Translations under genes and position numbers: made by a program
DNA from: Planctomycetota bacterium
Lineage (GTDB): Bacteria; Planctomycetota; PLA2; JAEUHO01
Assembly: GCA_965223505.1 (NCBI GenBank)
Contig: CBDCWP010000044.1
Location: forward strand, 1 to 64,000
DNA length: 64,000 nucleotides
Direction of reading: 5' to 3'
Notes under the pieces: generated by a model
Told to the model about the DNA's origin: nothing
Seen by the model: only the letters and a program-made list of their open reading frames with translations
Databases searched by the model: none
Shown here: positions 25,560-35,419 of the stretch, piece after piece
How positions within the stretch are numbered: the stretch's first letter is position 1
How the letters are laid out: the number at the start of each line of letters is the position of its first letter

Positions 25560-25765
25560 CTGTCGGCCGTGCGTCCTTTCCGCGTCGCCAGGGTCGGATC
25601 CGTCCACTCGGGTTTTCGAGCTCGCCTATTCGGGCGGCGTCATGAGGGGGAGTCGGACGCGCCTCTCAATCGCCTACACGAGCTGATGCGCTCAGCGGCC
25701 CGCCGGAGTACGCGCCCGTTGGTGTCCGATTCCTGGTTTCGCTTCCTCTCTCTCAGTGCGTTCGC
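25560..25765 (-). ncRNA. Predicted bridge/seek RNA in the IS non-coding end
   Basis: Non-coding end of ~230 nt downstream of the transposase with motifs GTAGG, CGCC, AAACC and ATCC matching target and donor flanks. AGCTCG/CGAGCT and TGAG/CTCA stems flank the target motifs. Transcript ends are unknown. Confidence 0.7.
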
Positions 25766-26812
25766 TCAGGCAGCCTGGCCTAGGCACCGACGCAGCGAGA
25801 ACACCTCGCCACGCGAGAACATCACCCACACGCCCACCAGTAGCCGGCGTGCAAGCGCCATTCGAACCTTGTTGCGGTGCATGCGCCTGAGCATCGGCTG
25901 TGCCCACGCCTTCACCTCTGGGTCGAAGGCCAGCAACCGAACCGCCCATTGCCCCAGCACCCAACGCAACTCGGCGTTTCCGCGTTTGGTCATGCGGCCG
26001 TGGTGCGCTCGATCCGCCGAGGCCGAAACGCGTGGAACGACACCCCCATAGCTCGAGATCTGTCGAGCACCGCGGAAGCGGGTTGCGTCACCCAACTCAG
26101 CTTGAAGCGTCAGAGCCGTCTGGGCTCCCGCCTGTGGCAGATTCCGAACGATCCAGCCTGAGACTTCGTCCTGCTCGGCCAACTCGCGGATTCGAGCGGT
26201 GAGCTTCTCGATGCGCTCCTGCAGAGCCGCAACGACATCCACCAGCGACTGCAGCGCCAGATCCTGGTTCTCATCACCCAGTCGCTGCTCGCGAAGCCAC
26301 TGGATCCCGCGCTTGGTGTACAGCTGCGTCACCGGCGCTCGCAGCAGGTACGCGTTGAGCATGCCGCGGATGTGCGCCAGCACGCTGGTTCGATGCTGAA
26401 CGAGCTGATGCCGAACCCGCAACACCTTGCGCTGGCCGAACTCGGCTTCGGTGGCGAAGTAGGTCAGTGCGTAGCGGTCCAGGTCGCCAAGGTACAGCCG
26501 GCGCGAGATCTCCTGGGCGTCGCGTCGATCCGTCTTCTTGCCCTGCTTCTTCAGATCGAGCTTCGTGGCGTCCACCACAAGCATCTCCAAACCCGCTTCG
26601 CGGCAGGCCAGCACGAACCAGCGGTTGCAGCCCAACGCTTCCACCGCGAAGCGCCCGCCGCCGTAGGTGCCAAGAAACGCAACCAGCGCCGCGGCCGCCT
26701 TTCGATCCGGCAGGCGCCACCGCCGCTCCTCTTCGATCTCGCCCTTCGCATCACGGACGCAGATTTGGGCGACACTCTTGTGCAGGTCGATTCCGACGTG
26801 GTACGCAGTCAT
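25766..26812 (-). CDS. IS110-family transposase/recombinase
   Basis: GIDLHK, VEALG and KTDRRDA (DEDD RuvC-like domain); C-terminal ELGDATRF...SSYGGVVP...SASA...GRMTKRGNAELRW. 348 aa, intact. Confidence 0.96.
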   Translation of the reverse strand: MTAYHVGIDLHKSVAQICVRDAKGEIEEERRWRLPDRKAAAALVAFLGTYGGGRFAVEALGCNRWFVLACREAGLEMLVVDATKLDLKKQGKKTDRRDAQEISRRLYLGDLDRYALTYFATEAEFGQRKVLRVRHQLVQHRTSVLAHIRGMLNAYLLRAPVTQLYTKRGIQWLREQRLGDENQDLALQSLVDVVAALQERIEKLTARIRELAEQDEVSGWIVRNLPQAGAQTALTLQAELGDATRFRGARQISSYGGVVPRVSASADRAHHGRMTKRGNAELRWVLGQWAVRLLAFDPEVKAWAQPMLRRMHRNKVRMALARRLLVGVWVMFSRGEVFSLRRCLGQAA

Positions 26813-26896
26813 GGGGTGGCAGTTCCTTCCTCGGCTGATGCCGTAAACACACTTGGCACGACCGAGGATCAGGGCTGCCACCCCCTATCCCATCCC

Positions 26897-27913
26897 CTAC
26901 GACCCGAACCGCTTCGCGCGGGCTTCGGTGTCCGGCTCCCACTTGCAGTACGGCGGATACCCCGCCATCTCCTGATGCGGCCGCGCCTTGAAACGCTTCA
27001 ACGTCCAGTTCCACGCCTCCGGCTGCGCGCGAATCACCTTGGCCAGCACGTCGTTGATGCGGGTCGTGAGCTCGATGACGCGTTCGTCGTCGCTGTCGCC
27101 GGTCAGGTCCCGCGCCAGATCGGGTCCGACCCACAGATCGAACCGACCGCCTTCCTTCGGCAGCATGAACAACGGGATCACCGGACGCCCGTAGCGCACG
27201 CCCAGCCAGCCGGGCAACGGCGTCGTTCGGCACGGCAAGCCCATGAACGGCGCGTAGATCCCGCCCTGGGTCGCCCGAACGCTGCGGTCGGCCAGGATCG
27301 CCGCGATGCCCCCCGACTTCACCGCCGCCGTCGCCGCGCGCGCGCCGCCCTTGCGGAACGTGCCGACCAGATCCCCGTGGCCGCGCAGCTTGGCCAGGAC
27401 GCGATTGACGGCCCGATGGGGGACGGCCTCGGCGACGAACGTCACCGGCGGGAAGTGCATGAAGAAGACCCGGATCCCGAGCAGCAGCTCCCAGTTGCCG
27501 ATGTGACCCGACACGAGAACGCCGCCCGACTCCCGGAAGCTGCGCACGTAGTTGCGCTCGGAGAGGTTCGCCGGCAGGTCAATCCAGCGATCCAGCTTCT
27601 CCCGCGTGAGCGGCTGGAGGTTGAGCAGCAGCAGGATCGAGCGCGTGTTCATCTGGAAGCTCGCCTTGACGATGCGCCGCTTCTCGGCCTTCGACTTGCC
27701 GTCGCCGAACACGACATCGAGATTCTGATAGGCGATGTTGCGGCCGCGGCCGTCGAGGTAGTAGATGACGATGCCGAGGCCGTTGGCGAACGCGATCACC
27801 CAGCGCGACGGCAGCGCGCTGAAGATCCTCACGACGCCGAGCATCACCGCGACCTGCACCTCCTCGTGGAGGCGCGCGAGAAACGAGCGCGGGCGTTGAT
27901 CGGCGGTCGCCAT
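26897..27913 (-). CDS. Lipid A lauroyl/late acyltransferase family (LpxL-like)
   Basis: NIAYQNL, SGHIGNWE, ILADR, PFMG and IRAQPEAWNWTLKRFK motifs. Confidence 0.9.
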   Translation of the reverse strand: MATADQRPRSFLARLHEEVQVAVMLGVVRIFSALPSRWVIAFANGLGIVIYYLDGRGRNIAYQNLDVVFGDGKSKAEKRRIVKASFQMNTRSILLLLNLQPLTREKLDRWIDLPANLSERNYVRSFRESGGVLVSGHIGNWELLLGIRVFFMHFPPVTFVAEAVPHRAVNRVLAKLRGHGDLVGTFRKGGARAATAAVKSGGIAAILADRSVRATQGGIYAPFMGLPCRTTPLPGWLGVRYGRPVIPLFMLPKEGGRFDLWVGPDLARDLTGDSDDERVIELTTRINDVLAKVIRAQPEAWNWTLKRFKARPHQEMAGYPPYCKWEPDTEARAKRFGS

Positions 27914-28020
27914 GTGCCGGAATCGTACGGCAGCCGCGGCCGGATTCACCGCGGCGCGCGAATCCTGTATGGGGTCGGCGCGGCACCGTGTAGGAAAGGG
28001 CGATTCCCCCGGACCTCTGC

Positions 28021-28869
28021 ATGGCCACCGAGCGATTGACCTTCGACGACCTGACGCCCCATCTGCTGCTGCAGAACGGGAACTTCCTCTACAAGGTCCC
28101 TTTCCGCGACGGATGGGCCGTGCTGAAGGTCTACTACGGAAGCCGTGGATTTTTCGGTCGTCTCTACAAGAGCCTTGCGAACGTCCTCGGCGGACAGACG
28201 TCCTACCTGCCCAGGACCCGGCTGAAGATCGAGCGCGAGTGCCTCGCGCTGTGGGCCGAGCACGGCTTTCGCACGTTCGGGGTCTACGACGTCGAGGTCG
28301 TCGCGCCGCGTTGCCCGCCCGGCGGCTATCTCCTGCTCGAGTACGTCGACGAGATCAAGCTGAACCAGTACCTGCACGACGAGACGATCGACGCCGATGA
28401 ACGCCGCGGGACGTTTCGCCGGTGGCTGAAGGAATGGTCGCGCCGGCACGACATCGCGATCCGGGACCGCGAGCCGAAGCTGGTCCACGAGAACGGCGAC
28501 GGCAAGCACGTCATGATCCTCGACGACGGCAGCTTCCTCTGGTTCGACTTCGAGATGGTCTATCGCTCGCGCCGGAAGGTGCGCTGGTCGGTGGCGCACG
28601 AGGTCGCGCAATACGTCTGGGAGATCCTGCGTTCGACGCCGGAGGCGGACCGCGAGCGCATCCTCGAGGAGTTCGTGCAGGGCTATCCGGATCGCGGACG
28701 CCTGTACGACGCGCACGACTACTTCTGGCGCGCGCCGAACCCGTTCATGCGCTTCCTGCGCCGCGCGGAGCGCAAGTTCAAGAAGCGCGCCAAGAAGCCG
28801 ACGAGCAAGTACCACGTCATGCGCCGGCTGCGCGAACGCCTCGACGCGACGGGCGGCCGGCCTGCATGA
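28021..28869 (+). CDS. Hypothetical protein-kinase-like fold protein (Kdo/WaaP-like?)
   Basis: VLKVY, LLLEY, HENGDGKHV and WFDFE resemble the VAIK, hinge, catalytic-loop and DFG positions. Confidence 0.55.
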   Translation: MATERLTFDDLTPHLLLQNGNFLYKVPFRDGWAVLKVYYGSRGFFGRLYKSLANVLGGQTSYLPRTRLKIERECLALWAEHGFRTFGVYDVEVVAPRCPPGGYLLLEYVDEIKLNQYLHDETIDADERRGTFRRWLKEWSRRHDIAIRDREPKLVHENGDGKHVMILDDGSFLWFDFEMVYRSRRKVRWSVAHEVAQYVWEILRSTPEADRERILEEFVQGYPDRGRLYDAHDYFWRAPNPFMRFLRRAERKFKKRAKKPTSKYHVMRRLRERLDATGGRPA

Positions 28870-29706
28870 CGGCTGCGCGAACGCCCCCCGCGATCCCAGG
28901 CGGCACGCTGCTGCAGGGACCGAGTCACCGGGGCGGCGGCAACCTGCTCTACGTCGTCGACACGGCCTTCGGCAAGCGCATCCTCAAGCTCTACCGGCGA
29001 CGGCGCGCGAAGTGGCGCGAGCCCTGGCGCAATCTCGGGCAGTGGATGGAAGGCAAACGCGGCGTACGCCCCGACGACCGGTGCCGCACCGAGCGCGAAG
29101 GCCTGGCGTTGTGGAGGCGCGAGGGCTTCGACGTGCCCGCTGTGTTCGACGACGCGCTGCCCGAAGGCGTCGAGCCGCCTGCGCTCTGGCTCGAGTACTG
29201 CCCGGGTCCTTCGCTGTTCGACCTCGTTCGCGATCCCGCCGTCGAGCCGCAGCGCAAGTGCGAGACCGTGTCCCGCTTCGCGTCCGAGCTGTCGCGACGT
29301 CAGGCACGCGCCGTGGAGCTCGGCCAGCCGCTGCTCAGTCACGAGCATCCGAGCGTGTTTTGCACGTGCTGGTGTTCGAGGATCGCCTGGTCTCCTTCGA
29401 TCTCGAAACGGCCTACAAGGCTTCGTACGACGTCGAGATGGCCGTGGAGCAGGAGCTGGCCGGCGTCGTCCGGTCCTTACACCGCGCGGCGCCGGACGAG
29501 GGGCGTTCGTTGACGGACGCGTTCGTGGAGGGGATACCGCGACGCGACCCGGCTGGAGCGGATTGCGCGGCGGGGCTTGGCGACGAGAGGATTCGCGCGA
29601 CGCTTCCGACGGCTGCGTTTCAGCTTGCGTCCGTGGCGCATGAGCAAGCTCGAGGGCCTGCGCGCCGTCGTGCGCGCGCTCGGAGCGCGGCGGCAGGCAG
29701 GGCTGA
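28866..29706 (+). CDS. Paralogous kinase-like protein, frameshifted in this sequence
   Basis: NLLY..ILKLY..TEREGLALW..LWLEY..HEHPSV, then LHVLV..SFDLE..QELA..FVEG in another frame, collinear with 28021-28869. Shifts near 29358 and 29533; the end is approximate. Confidence 0.55.
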
Positions 29707-29707
29707 G

Positions 29708-29800
29708 CTAGATGGCCAACGCCAGGACGATGCCCAGGGCCACCATGCCCATCGTCCACAGCTCGCTGCGTACGTTCGAGGCCGTCAGGTCGCGCAACAT
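29708..29800 (-). CDS. 30-aa single-TM small protein
   Basis: MLRDLTASNVRSELWTMGMVALGIVLALAI*, with a GGAGGAG Shine-Dalgarno 5 nt upstream and an AT-rich upstream region. Confidence 0.6.
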   Translation of the reverse strand: MLRDLTASNVRSELWTMGMVALGIVLALAI

Positions 29801-29899
29801 GAGAACTCCTCCCGAGTTGGGCATCAATTTACCCAAGGGGGGGGACATGCCTGTGGAAGGGGCGTCGTAAGTCAATTTAAAACATTGTGGTTACGGCGA

Positions 29900-30608
29900 T
29901 TACCTGCCCACCGTGAACTCGCCGATCTCGAGCACTTCGTCGGCCCTGAGCAGGATGCCGCGGTGGGTCCGACGGCTCTCGTCGGGGGTGCCCTCGTTCT
30001 GGATCACGGTGGGTCGTGGCACGTGTCGGCTTGCCGCCGCCGTAGAAGTGCACCTGAATGCGATACGTACCCCGGTTGGAGGCGCGCCTGCGTGTAGGTC
30101 TCGGGCCCGTAGCCGTCGGTGACGTCCACGTCGAGGGTGCCGCCCGCCTTGCCGCGTTGGTTCGAGTAGAAGACCTTCTCGCCGTCCGGGCCGGTCACCC
30201 ACAGATCCATGTCCGTGCCGGGCGTGTCCCACGTGAGCGTGACGCGCAGGGTCCTTGCGCGGTACGCGCGCGAACACCGCCACGTCGTCTTCGACGACCT
30301 TGCCGTTCTCGGTCGCCGCGACGCGGATGTGGTTCCAGCCGGGCGCCAGGACCTGCCTCGTGTTGAAGCTGCCGTCCCTGTGCGGGATCGTGAGTGTGAC
30401 GCCGTTCAAGACCAACGTCAGCCGTTTGGCCTCGATGCCGGCGATCGACGCCGCCGATGTCCATCTTGCGCTCGCGCGTCTGACCGCCCGCGGGCGTCAC
30501 GATCTTGATCGACGGCTCGACTGACGGGGCGGGCTCACCCGCGGGGGCGGGCGGCGTCGGGCATGCAAGCGCGGCGGCGGCCGCGACGAGCAACGCGAGG
30601 CGCCTCAC
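29900..30608 (-). CDS. YfaP / DUF2135-family protein (frameshifted in this sequence)
   Basis: Pieces across frames join to signal peptide..LVLNG..LAPGWNHI..LRVTLTWDTPGTDMDLWV..PDGE..LDVDVTDGYGPE..VHFYG. About 4 frameshifts. Confidence 0.8.
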
Positions 30609-33600
30609 TTCGCACCGCCTTTCCCGGTCGGGCCGGCCAAGGTGATCTGCAGCTGCTCTCCCTGCGAGTTGCCCCGCACCCGCGGGAAGTACATCAGCTC
30701 CGCCGACGCCGGTAGCGCGGTGTACGTGCCCACGTGCGTCGGCGCGCACGTAGTGGCGCACGATGGTCACCCCCGCGTTTCAGCCTCGTGATGAAGAAGA
30801 GCGTGCGGTCGTCGTACCGCTGGGTTTGCGTGTCGAGCGCCTTGGGTTGGTCCTCGAAGCGCATCCCGTAGTCGCGCGCGGGCTCGAAGCCGCCGGCGTG
30901 CCGGTCGACCACCATCACGTACTCGCGTTCGCGCGACGAGCGGATCGTGACCTCGCACTCGAGCAGCGTGCCCGTCGGGACGGTCTCCCTGACCGGTGCT
31001 CGCTTCCAGGTGACCGCGCCGTTCGCCTCGACGGGGTCGAGGCGGTAGTAGGTTCGGTCCACGTCGAGGTGGTTGCCGCCCTTCTCGATCGCCGGGCCCG
31101 TCGCCAGATACGTGATGACGACGGCGGCGATGCCCTTGCCGTTCTTCGATCGAAGGCGCAGGTTCAGCTCGCCGCCGGGGCGCAGCCGGTCTTGCGGCAC
31201 CGTGATCGTCGCCTCGTCGCCGAAGAGATCGTCGGCGTTCAGCGTGACCTCGCCGAGCACGTCCTCGCCGTCGAGCAGCGTGTACCGGTTCTCGCCGTCA
31301 AGCGGCCGTCCGTGGGCCACGTACGCGGACAGGAACCGCACCGCGGCGGCGGTGTCGCGACGTGCTCTGCCAGCGGTCGCCGCCGGCGCGATTCGACACG
31401 AGCCAGTGCGCGCCCGCGTCGATGAGCGCGCGATCGCCGCCGGTGAGCTGGAGCGCGTACAGCACCTCCGCCGTCGTCTGGACCGGATCCGTTCGCCAGG
31501 TCACGTCCTCCATTCCGGCATCGCCCAACTGCGCCGGGCCCCAGAACGCGAGGTCTCCGTTTCGCTGCGCCTGTTCCTCGAGTGCGGCGCGCAGCCGTTG
31601 CACCTGCGCCTCGTCGCGATACCGATGCGCGACGCGCAGGAACAGAGCGGCGGTCATGGGGGAGAGCCGGTGCGGCCACTTCGAGATGACCATGCGCGCA
31701 TCCTGTTGCGACATCGCGCCGGCCAGCATTGCCGCGGCCGCGGTCTCGAACTGCCCCGGCGACGGCTTCCGGTCCTTCGGGAAGGCGTGTTTCTGCAGCC
31801 ACGCGACGGCTCGGTTCCGGATTCCGATCGCGCGTTGGCCGTCGGGCGGTTCCTGCTCGAGGACGCGATTCAAGCCGCGCACGACGAGCGCCGTCATGTC
31901 CAGGCTGCTCTCGTCGCTCTCCCACCAGCCGAATCCTCCGTCGGCGTGCTGGAGCTCGCCGAGCCGCTTCAGGCCTGCGGCGAGCATCTCGGGCAGCTCT
32001 TCGACCCGGCCCTTGACCGGGATCCGCAATGCCGTGATCGCCTCCTGGGCGTCCAGCAGCGGCGTGAACCGGTTCATCGTCTGTTCCGTGCAGCCGTGGG
32101 GGTAGTCCATCAAGTACGGCAACGCGTTGACGATCGCGTGGACGTAGGTGGACTCGACTGTGACCCGACACTCGATCGATTCGGGATCGGCCTCTGTGGG
32201 AACACGGAACGACGTGGCCGGCACGCGGTTGGCTGCCACGACGCCGCCGCGCGCCGTCGAAATGCCTTGCGGGAGAATCGGAAACATCCGCTCCACGCGG
32301 TCACCGGCGCCGTCCGGGCCGACCGCCGTCGCGCGGGCGATGACGTCGCGCACACGGGCGGCTTCGATGTCCATCGACTTTGCGAGCGTGGCGCCCGGTT
32401 CGAGCGTGTCCTCGTTGTACGGCAGGTACTCGCCGAGGTCTTCGGACACCGACGAGGTCCAGCGGACCGGCATCGCCGCCTCGGTCAGGTTGCGCAGCAG
32501 CACGGGGATCGTGGCCACGTCGTTCTCGCGCAGGAAGCGCGGGGGCGTGACGCGCACGCTGAGCCGCTTGCGGGTGCGAATCGTCGCCTGCGCGGACCCG
32601 ACGCGCGTCGCTGCGTCGACCGTGCGCGTGCTGACGCGCCAGCGCGTCAACGAGTCGGCGAGCTTCAGCTTCTCGGACGCCCGGCCGTCGGCGTCGGTGC
32701 GCAGTCTCGGCGCCCACAGCGCCGAGGTGCGGAAGTCCTTGCGCACGGTCATGCCCTCCGACCGAGCGCTCATCTTGCCGTCGAGGTCGTTGTCCCCGTC
32801 ACCGGCGAATAGCGTGTATTCCTGCGCGTCGGGATCCATGGGCTCTTCGGCGTCCTCTTCCTCAGCGCCGAACAGGGGAGGCTCCTCGGCCGGGAGTCCG
32901 GGGGCGCCCACGTCGTCGTCACTCCCGGCGCCGCCGCATGCGGCGCCGCCGGCCGCGGTCGCCGGGGCCGCAGGCGACGTCACGGGCGCGGAGGGGTCCG
33001 GCGGCATCGCGTCCTTCTTCGGCGGCGGAATGCGCCGCATGTAGCCGACCGCGTCGTGATGGAGGAACGCGCCGGTCGAGACGTTGTTGCGCTTCGTGGC
33101 GTGGAAGAACGCGGCGATGTCCGCACCCGGATCGCCGTAGAGCGCGTGCAGCGCGTCGTCGACGACGGCCACGGCGACCTCGGCATTCGCGACCGGCTTG
33201 CCTTCCGCGTCCGTCACGCGTACGGCGACGTCGATCTCCTCGCCCGGTTCGAAGTCGGCGCCGCTGGGGTCGATGGTCGTGGTCAGCAGCTTGCGCGCGG
33301 GCGGAATGCGCAACATGCGCGTCTCGAGCAACAGCTCGCCCCGATATACGGTCACGAACGTCGCGTAGACGTTGGGAATGTGCGCGTCGGTCAGCGCGAC
33401 CTTCCAGACGCTCGTACCGGCGTCCGGCGTGAGCACCTCGTGGCGCATCAACGTCCCGCCCTCGAGCGCAGCGAGCACGGCGCGGCCGCCCTCCGGACCG
33501 CGAACGAGCAGCCGCGCGGTGTCGCCGACCGCGTAGTGGTCCTTGTCGGCAATGACGTCGAGTTCACCCGGGGTGATGCCGACCGTCGGTTGATCGCTCG

Positions 33601-35329
33601 CGGCCCAGACGTGGATGTGAGCACGGATGGGCGGCCCCGCCGGCTCGTCCTGCGTGCGCTGGACGGCGACGTCGAACCGATAGCGGCCTTCGAGGGGCAA
33701 GGAGACGTCGAGCCTCATCCGGCCCTGGGCGTTCGTGGTGACGGGCAGGTCGTCGACCTGGCTCTCGGTCGCGCCGGCGATGTGCGTGACGGTCAGGACC
33801 CCCGTCCGGCCCGCCGCGGGCTTCCCATCGGCCCGTTCGACCTTCACCACGACCCCGGCGATGTCCTCGAGGCCGTAGAGGTTGCCGTCGGCGTCGAGGC
33901 CGACGCGCACCGGCGCCGCGGCGACGGCGAGGCCGCCGCTGCCGTCGACGCCCATGTGGTCGGGCCCGGTCACGGTGGCCCGCAGCGTGAGGTAGCCGTC
34001 CATGCGCTCCGGCGGCGCCTCGACGTCCACCGTCAGCCGGCCCTTGCCGTCGAGACGGCCCTGCCCGGCGTTCAACGTCGTCGGTTGATACGCCTCCCGC
34101 TCCGACTCGAAAAACAGCTTCACGAGCTCGTCCGTGGGGAAGAGGTCGCGCTCGATGCGGTTGTGCGAGAGCGTCCACTGCACGTTCGCGCCGGCGAGCG
34201 CGCCGCCGTCGTAGTAGGAGGCGTCGATCGCGAACGTCGTCGTGCCGCCCGCCAGGATGCGCGCGTCCCGCGCCTTCACGCGCACCTCGAACGCGGGCTT
34301 GCGGTACGCCGCCAGGCGAAACGGCGCTTCGTAGAGATCGCCGCCGATGTCGACGACCAACGTGTAGTCACCGGTGGACGCGCTCTCCGGCGTCTCCCAG
34401 CTCGCGGCAAAGGTGCCCAGCGCCGCGTCGATCGACGCCGGCAGCTTCACCACCTCGGCGTCCGATCCGTCGAGAATCGTGAGGTTCGCCGACGTCGCGG
34501 TCGGATCGAGGGCGTACGCGCCGTTCTCGTACGCGCGGACGACGCCCTTGACGTGCACCGTCTCGCCGGGGCGATACGCCGGCTGGTTCGTGAACGCGTA
34601 GACGCGGCGGTCGTCGACCTCCGTCGGGAAATACGTCTCCGCGCCGAAGGCGAAGTGACCGTCGGCCATCGCCATTGGGGCGAGCGTGGGGGACAGCGCG
34701 TCGTCGATACTTGCCAGCCCCTGCGCGTCGGTGGTCACGGTGCGGCTGCGCACCTCGATCGCCACGTTCGGCCACGGCGCGCCGGTGCGCCGGTTCATCG
34801 CGAAGAACACGGCGCCGCGCGGATGGCGCTTGCTGACGAGCGCCATGTCGGACACGAGCGCGGTCGCGCGCGCCACCACGCGTCCGCGGCGCGCTTCGAG
34901 CAGATACAGGCCGGGCGTTGCGAGTCGGACGAAGAACGCCTCGCGCGCGCCCTTCTTGCCGTACCGGAGGCGAAACGTCTGCGGCGCCTCGGGGCCCGCC
35001 TTGGCCCGCAGCACACCGAGCGAGCGGTTCTTGCGAAGTGCCGCGGTGGAGCTTCGACCGGTGCCGAGCCACGCGAGGTCGTTGCCGGCGCCCAGATCGA
35101 TGCCGGCGCGCAGCAGCGCCTCGGGATGCGCCAGGCGGATCGCGCGCAGCTCGATCGCGCCGTTTCGATCCGACTGGATCTGAAGGTGAACGCGCTTCTG
35201 CGACGGCGTCGTTCGTTCGACGACGATGCCGAGCTCCTCCGCTGAAGCGGGGCCGGCCGTGACCACCCCGGCCAGCACGACGGCCGCGCACACCATGGAC
35301 AGGACGAGGGCCCGTTCGAGAGCGATCAT
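30605..35329 (-). CDS. Bacterial alpha-2-macroglobulin (C-terminus frameshifted in this sequence)
   Basis: TNQPAYRPGETV, YRKPAFEV, VRKDF, LADSLTRWR, YPHGCTEQT, LQHADGGFGWW and ELMYFP motifs. Shifts near 31360, 30772 and 30741. Confidence 0.92.
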
Positions 35330-35419
35330 CGGCGCCTCCTTCGAAGATCTCCCACCCCATTGGACTCCAAATCGAGCGGCGCGTGCGCGCGTTCGTGGCC
35401 CGAGGGCATACTGCGGCGC

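Larger units (their letters stand above)
25535..26893 (-). mobile_element. IS110-family insertion sequence, IS1111-type
   Basis: DEDD transposase; subterminal inverted repeats TAGGGAATGGCAAGCCCT (25539-25556) and AGGGCTGCCACCCCCTA (26871-26887); CC core at both ends (25533-34, 26894-95). Excision restores a full REP. Confidence 0.92.

Noticed and set aside
29900..31370. Programmed frameshifting or phase variation in the A2M and YfaP-like genes
   Set aside because: There are too many shifts, several outside slippery sequences or long homopolymers. Sequencing error is more parsimonious.
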